The notes under the pieces: generated by a model
What the model was told of the DNA's origin: nothing
Databases searched by the model: none
Seen by the model: the letters and a program-made list of their open reading frames with translations, nothing else
NCBI GenBank assembly: GCA_963751345.1
Contig: CAVVUS010000025.1
Span: forward strand, 1-59,702
Source of the DNA: an uncultured Chloroflexia bacterium
GTDB lineage: Bacteria; Chloroflexota; Anaerolineae; B4-G1; SLSP01
Length of the DNA: 59,702 nucleotides
Reading direction: 5' to 3'
Program-made: the position numbers and the translations under genes
In this document: piece by piece, positions 53,601 to 59,702 of the stretch
Layout: each line of letters opens with the position of its first letter
How positions within the stretch are numbered: position 1 is the stretch's first letter

Positions 53601-55007
53601 TCACTTCACAAACCACCCAAAGATCAGACCCGACAAGGTGCTGAACACCGTCACCAGGGCGACGTAGACAAAGGTCTTCTTCTTGCCGATCACCGTGTTG
53701 GTGATCAGGATGGACTGCAGGCTTAGCTCCGGGTCGGCCAGCAGGTAGGCCAGCAGCGGACCACGCTGCATTCCCAGCGACAGGAAGGTCTGCGCGATCG
53801 GGACCTCGACCAGCGTCGGGAAGTACATAAACACACCGAAGAGTCACGCCCGCCAGGTTCGCCCAGACCGTGTTGTTGCCGGCGATCGCCTGGATCCAGG
53901 CTGCAGGGATCAGTGCGCGCGCCATACCGGCGACGAAGACCCCCGCGATGAGCAGCGGCATAATCTGCTTGACGAAACGCCACATCTCCCAGAGCCATTC
54001 CTGGATCTCGTAGGTTTCGAAATGTGTGATGGCCATCCACCAGACCGCGCCGATCAGGAGCACCTCGGCGATGAGCTTGCCGGTAATGCCGATGGTCAGG
54101 CCCGTTAGCACCCACAGTGACCTTAAGCGACGCGACGATGAGGGTCAGGGTGATGAGGCCCAGCGCCCAGTAGGTCCAGGTGTCGAGCCTTCGTCGATCC
54201 GGTTGAGGCCCTTCCAGGCGGTCGTTCCGATGGGGCCAGTAGGCCGATCAGGAAAACACCCTGGACGCTCACACCCTCGATGCCCATGGCAGCATTCGGC
54301 GGTACCATCGCGTTGAGCCAGTTCTGGAATTGTGCGGCCCAGTGGAGCGGAGCCGGGTACCGACAGAGGCGGCCAGCGCCACAGGAGATCCGCCTAACGT
54401 CAAGGTCGCATAAGCTGCTGGTCAGGACACCGATCTGCAGTGTTCCCGCGATCAGGACGCCCAGCAGAAGGCGAAAAAGGCCCAGGCCGTGTCCGGGGAC
54501 CTTGGCCTGTGGGCCGAATGCATCGACTGCGTTCTTTGGCCGCGTCGTGTTCGGCGTCGTCCTTACGGAAGAGCCAGGCCATCAGGCAGGCCGATGCCAA
54601 TGCCAAAGACGATAGACAGGACGACGCGCGCCAGCGCGATATCCATCCCAATCGCGACGCCCGTCAGCGAGATCGCCAGGATATTGATCGCCGGCCCGAC
54701 GAAGAGGAAGGTGATCGCCGGGCCGAGGCCCGCGCCCTTCTTGTAGATGCTGGCAAAGAGCGGCATGATCGTGCACGAGCAGACGGCCAGGACGAAGCCC
54801 CCCAGGGCCGCCAGCGGGATAGGAGATCCACTTCGGCGTCGAACGCCCCAGGAAGCGGGTGATGGCCTCCTTGGGCATCAGCGCGGCCAGCGCGCCGGCG
54901 ATGAAGAAGGCCGGCAGCAGGCAGAGAAGGACGTGCGCGGCCAGGTAGGCCGCCAGGCTGCCCAGCCCGGTCTGAACAAGCGTGCCAACATACTGAAGGA
55001 TGCTCAC
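53601..55007 (-). CDS. ArsP/DUF318-family permease (multiply frameshifted)
   Basis: HVLLCLLPAFFIAGA, VCSCT.MPLFASIYKKGAGLGPA, GPAINILA, FMYFPTLVEVP, GPLLAYLLADPELSL. Confidence 0.88.
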
Positions 55008-55030
55008 GAACGACCTCCGGGTGCGCGTAT

Positions 55031-55152
55031 ATTCAAACTTGTGAATGTGATCAGAAAAAAGAGAGAAGCCCAACGAACCTCTGGGCACCCGACTCCGAGA
55101 GTAAATTCATAAAACTGAATATGATTATAGACCCGGAAGAGAGTTCTGTCAA
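55031..55152 (-). promoter_or_regulatory. Consensus promoter with two ArsR/SmtB-type operators
   Basis: TTGACA-17 bp-TATAAT (55152-55124); ATTCA-N6-TGAAT at 55105-55120 and 55031-55046. Confidence 0.8.
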
Positions 55153-55181
55153 GGCACAGACACAAACAGGGTGTGGATCAG

Positions 55182-56255
55182 CTATTCCGCGTCATCCTCC
55201 GCGCCCACGAGTATCGATGCTGGTTGCAGAGCGTTGGCCCTCAGCTTGTCCTGCGAAGGAGTCAGCCAGAACCCACGCCGCGCCAGCGCCTTGCCAAGGT
55301 AAACGAGACCCAGCATTACAGGCACCTCCCAGAACAGACCCATCGTGGTGCCCAAAGCTGCATACGAGCCGACGCCGTACAACGCGACTGCGGTGGCGAT
55401 GGCGATCTCAAAGTGGCTTGACGACCCGATCAGCACAGTGGTGATGGCTTCGCTATAGGCAAGCTTGAAGGCTCGGGTGACCAACAGGTTATAGCCTACA
55501 ACGATCACGAAGCCCAGCAACAGCGGTACTGAGATCAACAGCAGGGCATCGAAGTTACCCAGCAACACTTCGCCGTTCAGCGAGAACAGGACGACCAGGG
55601 TCATCAGCAGCGCGCCGATCGCCAACTTTTCTACAGCAGGCCGATAGGTGTGCTCGAACCAGGCAGCGCCTTTGACCTGCGTGAGCAAGCGTTTCGTTAT
55701 GATACCCAGGACCAGCGGGAGTCCGATGAAAAACAACGCTGAGACCAGGAGCACTCCGCGGTCAATAGGGATGCCCTGGATTCCGGTCAGAAGCGACACA
55801 AGTGGCACGTACAGAACCATGATCGTGAGTGTGTTCAGGCTTGTGTTGACGACATTCTGCTCCTGGTTGCCGCCGGCAAGCTTGCCCCAGACCAGCACCA
55901 TCGCCGTGCACGGGCTCGAGCCCAGCAGGATTGCTGCGACCATCAGTTGCTGATTGCCCTTTAGAAACAGGTTCGCCAGGATGACGGTGACCAGAGGCGC
56001 TATCACCCAGTTAGAGAACAGGCTCAACAGGATGGGCTTGGGGTTGTCCCTCAGCCGCTTGAGTTCCGAGACCTGCAGGTTGAGCAGCGCCGGATACATC
56101 ATCAGGAATAGGCAGATGCCAATGGGGACAGAGATTCCCTGGATCTGCCAGGAATCGATGATCTCCCCGAGGCCGGGGATGGTTTGCGAGAGCAGAATGC
56201 CAACGCCCATGCAGAGGGCAACCCAGACCGCCAGGTACTTCTCGAACTTACTCAC
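55182..56255 (-). CDS. acr3: ACR3-family arsenite efflux transporter
   Basis: FEKYLAVWVALC, MMYP, NWVIAP, SPCTAMVLVW, SSHFEIAIA, EVPVM. Confidence 0.93.
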   Translation of the reverse strand: MSKFEKYLAVWVALCMGVGILLSQTIPGLGEIIDSWQIQGISVPIGICLFLMMYPALLNLQVSELKRLRDNPKPILLSLFSNWVIAPLVTVILANLFLKGNQQLMVAAILLGSSPCTAMVLVWGKLAGGNQEQNVVNTSLNTLTIMVLYVPLVSLLTGIQGIPIDRGVLLVSALFFIGLPLVLGIITKRLLTQVKGAAWFEHTYRPAVEKLAIGALLMTLVVLFSLNGEVLLGNFDALLLISVPLLLGFVIVVGYNLLVTRAFKLAYSEAITTVLIGSSSHFEIAIATAVALYGVGSYAALGTTMGLFWEVPVMLGLVYLGKALARRGFWLTPSQDKLRANALQPASILVGAEDDAE

Positions 56256-56351
56256 AGTATTGTCTCCTTGTCAGTGAAGAAAGTATGGGATGTGCTGATC
56301 GCTGTCGTTCGTGTAGATGAACGCGTATCGATATACGAATCCAAAAAAGTG

Positions 56352-56540
56352 TCAGTCACATTTGCTCGGGCCGGCCCCATAGGCTGCCTCCGGCGCCAGT
56401 GCCGCCCTGATTCCTTGCGCCTGTAGGGTGAGCAGCATCTCGTTGACGTCCAGTAAGGTCTGGTCCAGCGTCGGACCACAGAGGCCTATGGGACAGCACA
56501 GAGGTGGGTCAAAAAGCTCGACTTGCACGGGTTCACTCAT
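56352..56540 (-). pseudogene. arsD: Truncated ArsD arsenic metallochaperone
   Basis: ELFDPPLCCPIGLCGPTLDQTLLDVNEMLLTLQAQGIR, then similarity is lost in the frames visible; about half the usual length. Confidence 0.7.
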
Positions 56541-56590
56541 AGTAGTTCAATCTCCTTTGAAGTGTTTGGGCAAAAAAAGGGGCGGCCTGG

Positions 56591-56959
56591 CTAGGTCTCT
56601 CGCAAGCACTCTGAACGGGGGCCACAGGTTGGGCAGCGCGTCTGTATGCGTGCCGGCTGAAAGAATGCGTCAAGCGCTTCGCGGATCTGCGCCAGTGCCG
56701 CGGCGTTCACCGTATAATACACCCATCGCGCGTCGATGGAGTCGCGTTCGGCCTCGACCAGACCGGCATCGCGTAGGACCCCAAGGTGATGCGAAATCAG
56801 GTTGGGTGCCAGCCCCATTGCTTCGCCGAGGTCGCAGTTGCACTGCACGCCCTCTATGATCAGGTTCAGGATGCGTACACGCTTGGGCTCGGCCAGCGCC
56901 CTGAATAGGTCGGCGAGTACCTGTACATCGGCAAGCGCGGTATGTGTGGTCATGCTCAT
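56591..56959 (-). CDS. arsR: ArsR/SmtB-family metalloregulator
   Basis: FRALAEPKRVRIL, QCNCDL, ISHHLGVLRDAGLV, WVYY; Cys-rich tail. Confidence 0.92.
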   Translation of the reverse strand: MSMTTHTALADVQVLADLFRALAEPKRVRILNLIIEGVQCNCDLGEAMGLAPNLISHHLGVLRDAGLVEAERDSIDARWVYYTVNAAALAQIREALDAFFQPARIQTRCPTCGPRSECLRET

Positions 56960-56969
56960 GGGTCTATCA

Positions 56970-57019
56970 TCGATACTTCGATCTGGATTGAACTATACAG
57001 CTATGCGCAATCGTGTCAA
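56970..57019 (-). promoter_or_regulatory. arsR promoter and candidate operator
   Basis: TTGACA-16 bp-TATAGT; imperfect palindromes TTCGA-N6-TTGAA and ATCGA-N4-TCGAT just downstream. Confidence 0.6.
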
Positions 57020-57234
57020 GGGGCGGTTTCCGCTGTCAGTATTCGCCGAAGGGACGAGGCTATGTCACTTGCAGTGAAAGCCCTTGGGTCGGACTGTCCG
57101 ATTGTGACCATCTTGACAATCCGCCTGATGACCTATAGTGCGGGAACACGATCATATATGAGGCCTGGGATGATGAATGTCGGCAAATCGGAGCAGCTTG
57201 GCCTCTGGTGGAGACCGTTCAGGTGGCATAGACG

Positions 57235-58451
57235 GTGATTAGCATATGGGTTGCCTTTATCACCGGGTTAACCACCGGAGGGCTGGGCTGCTTGGCCCTG
57301 CAGGGCGGGCTTTTGGCCAGCTCGCTAGCGCAACAAGTTGAGGCTCTCCAACCGGGATCGACCAAGAAGACACCAAGCGAAAAGGGCCACCCCCATACCC
57401 CGTTCGCTGACGGCGGAGGGGTCCGTGCGTCGGGACGCGATGTGGCGCGGACGATACTGCTCTTTCTTGGCGCCAAGATTGTGGCACATGCCGTGCTGGG
57501 ACTGTTATTGGGCGCGGTGGGATCCGTTTTGAAGTTCAATGCCCTCACGCGTGCCCTACTGCAGTTCGGTATCGGTATCTTCATGATCGGCAATGCTCTG
57601 CGGATGCTCAATGTGCATCCTATCTTCCGCTTCTTCGCATTTGAGCCTCCACGTGGATCACCCGTTATATACGCAGGACATCCAAACGCGAAGCGTCTCC
57701 AGGCTTGCCGCTGTTCCTTGGCGTGCTGACCGTCCTGATCCCGTGTGGCGTGACCCAGACGATGATGGTGACGGCCGTGGGAACGGGCGATACGCTCATG
57801 GGTGGCGCGTTGATGGCTGCGTTCACGCTGGGGACGAGCCTGATGTTCTTCGCCGTAGCCTATGCCGCCATGCATATCGGCGCCCGGCTAGAGCACCTCT
57901 TCATGCGGGCGATAGCGATCATCGTGCTGGTCCTGGGGCTGGTGTCCATCGACTCAGGGCTGAATCTTATGGACTCACCGGTAAGCGCGAGCCGTCTGGC
58001 GCGCTCGGTCTGGGACGAGACAGCGGTACCCCAGGCTGTCCTGCCGGCCCGAGCGCCGGGCGCCTACGATGAAGCCCTATCAGCAGCGGCTGAAGAGGCA
58101 GCACTGCCGAACACAGACACGGTCACGCCGGACGACGACGCGAACGCTGCAGCAGAAAGGGCGACGATGCCCGCGGAGCCAGAGGTTCAGACCCTCTATG
58201 TGATGGCGCAGCACGACGGCTACCTTCCCCCCAAGCAGCACGCACTGGCCGATACGCCGACGACACTGGTGTTTGTGACCGAGCTTGCCCGCTCCTGCAC
58301 GCGAGCGCTAGTCATCCCGGCGCTCAAGTTCGAGACTTACCTGCCCGAAACAGGTAAGGTGACCATTGACCTGGGGCCGATGGCGCCCGGTGCAATCCTG
58401 CGCTTTTCATGCGGAGCCGGGATCTATACCGGCGAGATCATCTTCGACTGA
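57235..58451 (+). CDS. DsbD_2/TauE-like membrane protein with C-terminal cupredoxin-like domain (frameshifted near 57650-57705)
   Basis: GLTTGGLGCLALQGG, LIPCGVTQ, FTLGT; tail GYLP...RSCTRALVIP...FSCGAGIYTG. Confidence 0.82.
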
Positions 58452-58521
58452 TCCCCTAGAGTGGGGCAAAGTTCGATCACCAGTTCAGCGTGGTGATGTT
58501 GTAGGCCGGAAAGGACCTCAT

Positions 58522-58854
58522 ATGACAGGGAAAACGTATCGCATTCCGGGAATCTCGTGCTCGCTATGTGCGATGGCGCTCCAGTCCCTGGAGGACGATC
58601 TCCCCGGAGTCAAACGCGTCAACGCGAGCTATCGCCACCAACGGCTGGAAGTTGAGTTCGACGAGACGCTGCTGAGTGAGGCCGATTTGCTGACGGCGAT
58701 TGCCCAACTGGGCTATGAAGTGGAGCGCAACTCCGATGATGTCGACCGCGGTCTCCTCGTCGAGGCCACGGGCCATCAGCGCCGCCCAGCTACTCACGCC
58801 GAATCGCGTTGCCAACCTCGAAGATGTTCATACGAGCGACTCACCTCTGAGTGA
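58522..58854 (+). CDS. Heavy-metal-associated (CopZ-like) chaperone
   Basis: IPGISCSLC...LPGVKRVNASY...VEFD...LGY. Confidence 0.85.
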   Translation: MTGKTYRIPGISCSLCAMALQSLEDDLPGVKRVNASYRHQRLEVEFDETLLSEADLLTAIAQLGYEVERNSDDVDRGLLVEATGHQRRPATHAESRCQPRRCSYERLTSE

Positions 58855-58858
58855 CACC

Positions 58859-59536
58859 TCACGCAATCCATAGGAAGTAGAAGCCTACGCCCAGAATGAG
58901 GACCGCGCTCACCATCTCCAGAGCCTGTGCCCAGCGCGCGAACGACTGGAGTTGCTTGATGACGCCGGCGAACGTGCCGGCCGCCAAGATCGGGACACCG
59001 CGACCCAGCGCATAGACAAACAGCAAGGCGGCACCATAGGCCAACGCACCCTGCTTCGTCATCACGTACGTTAGGATCGCAGCGAGGAACGGCGTCGCGC
59101 ACTGCGATGCCACGAGACCCGAGACGAGCCCCAAACTCAGCGCCCCCGGTACACCGCGCAGTGTGATCCGCTCCCGCAGCCGCCCCAGTCCGGGGATCTC
59201 CGGTAGGTGAAAGCCCGTCAGCATTTGCAGGCCGATGGCGATACAGACTGCCGCGACGACATAGTACCACAGGCGCGTTGTACCACCGAACATGCCGCCC
59301 AGCAGGGTCGCCACGACACCCAGGGCGACAAACGTCAGCGCCAGGCCCAAGACGAACGTCGATGACAGGGCAAGTGCCCGGCCGCGACTTACCGGCTTGC
59401 CCCCGGCTACATAGCCGATCACCAGCGGGATCATCGCGATGTTGCACGGGCCGACACTGGTCAGAATCCCGGCGAGAAACGACAGGACAAACGCCAGGGG
59501 AGCGGCGTTCTGTAGCTGCGCGGGGTCAAGCGTCAT
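58859..59536 (-). CDS. ccdA: Cytochrome c biogenesis / DsbD transmembrane protein CcdA
   Basis: AGILTSVGPCNIAMIP...ASQCATPFLAAIL...YALGRGVP. Confidence 0.9.
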   Translation of the reverse strand: MTLDPAQLQNAAPLAFVLSFLAGILTSVGPCNIAMIPLVIGYVAGGKPVSRGRALALSSTFVLGLALTFVALGVVATLLGGMFGGTTRLWYYVVAAVCIAIGLQMLTGFHLPEIPGLGRLRERITLRGVPGALSLGLVSGLVASQCATPFLAAILTYVMTKQGALAYGAALLFVYALGRGVPILAAGTFAGVIKQLQSFARWAQALEMVSAVLILGVGFYFLWIA

Positions 59537-59702
59537 GGCGTGTTGCCCAGGCTGATGTTCGTAAGCAGGGTGCGTAGTTGCTCCGGGGGGATGACGCCTG
59601 TGAAGCCCTGGGCTGTGCCCGATCGATCGAAAAAGATCGAGGTAGGGATGACGCGGATGCCTGCCATTTGGAGCAGGTCGGCGTTGGCCTCGTCGTACAC
59701 GT
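59533..59702 (-). CDS. Thioredoxin-fold protein, C-terminal part (5' end outside the window)
   Basis: VYDEANADLLQMAGIRVIPTSIFFDRSG...GVIPPEQLR; its TGA overlaps the ccdA ATG. Confidence 0.75.
   Translation of the reverse strand, partial: VYDEANADLLQMAGIRVIPTSIFFDRSGTAQGFTGVIPPEQLRTLLTNISLGNTP

Noticed and set aside
57113-57139. Promoter TTGACA...TATAGT for the DsbD_2 gene
   Set aside because: The spacer is only 15 bp as assembled; plausible if an indel is present, but not supportable as is.

Overview
GC-rich chromosomal segment, most consistent with an Anaerolineae (Chloroflexota) genome; this taxonomy is inferred from gene content and motifs. Many genes are split by single-base frame switches, which look like long-read indel errors, so the supplied ORFs are often fragments or chimeras. 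Left arm (1-22.7 kb): carbohydrate and sugar-acid catabolism (GH2 beta-mannosidase, sulfatase-enolase-GH117 operon, carboxylesterase, further enolase-superfamily dehydratases), a LuxR-STAND-TPR regulator, and a secreted multiheme cytochrome c ending in a FLPLVMR motif. Centre: a LipS2-LplA-LplB-LipS1 lipoate assembly operon, a cfa plus geranylgeranyl-reductase-like pair, and a ~13 kb cell-surface locus (three GT-C glycosyltransferases, a flippase-like protein, two secreted FN3/lectin-like proteins sharing a [FY]xPxIxKRWPPVPY motif, two lipoproteins, mtaB). Right arm: tRNA-Arg(CCG), leuS with a compound leader (Leu-rich leader-peptide attenuator followed by a T-box-like SD-sequestering module), and a partly decayed arsenic/heavy-metal/thiol-redox cluster. 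Palindromic 7-8-mer tandem arrays sit between co-oriented genes at four places. No CRISPR array, rRNA, integrase or transposase was seen.
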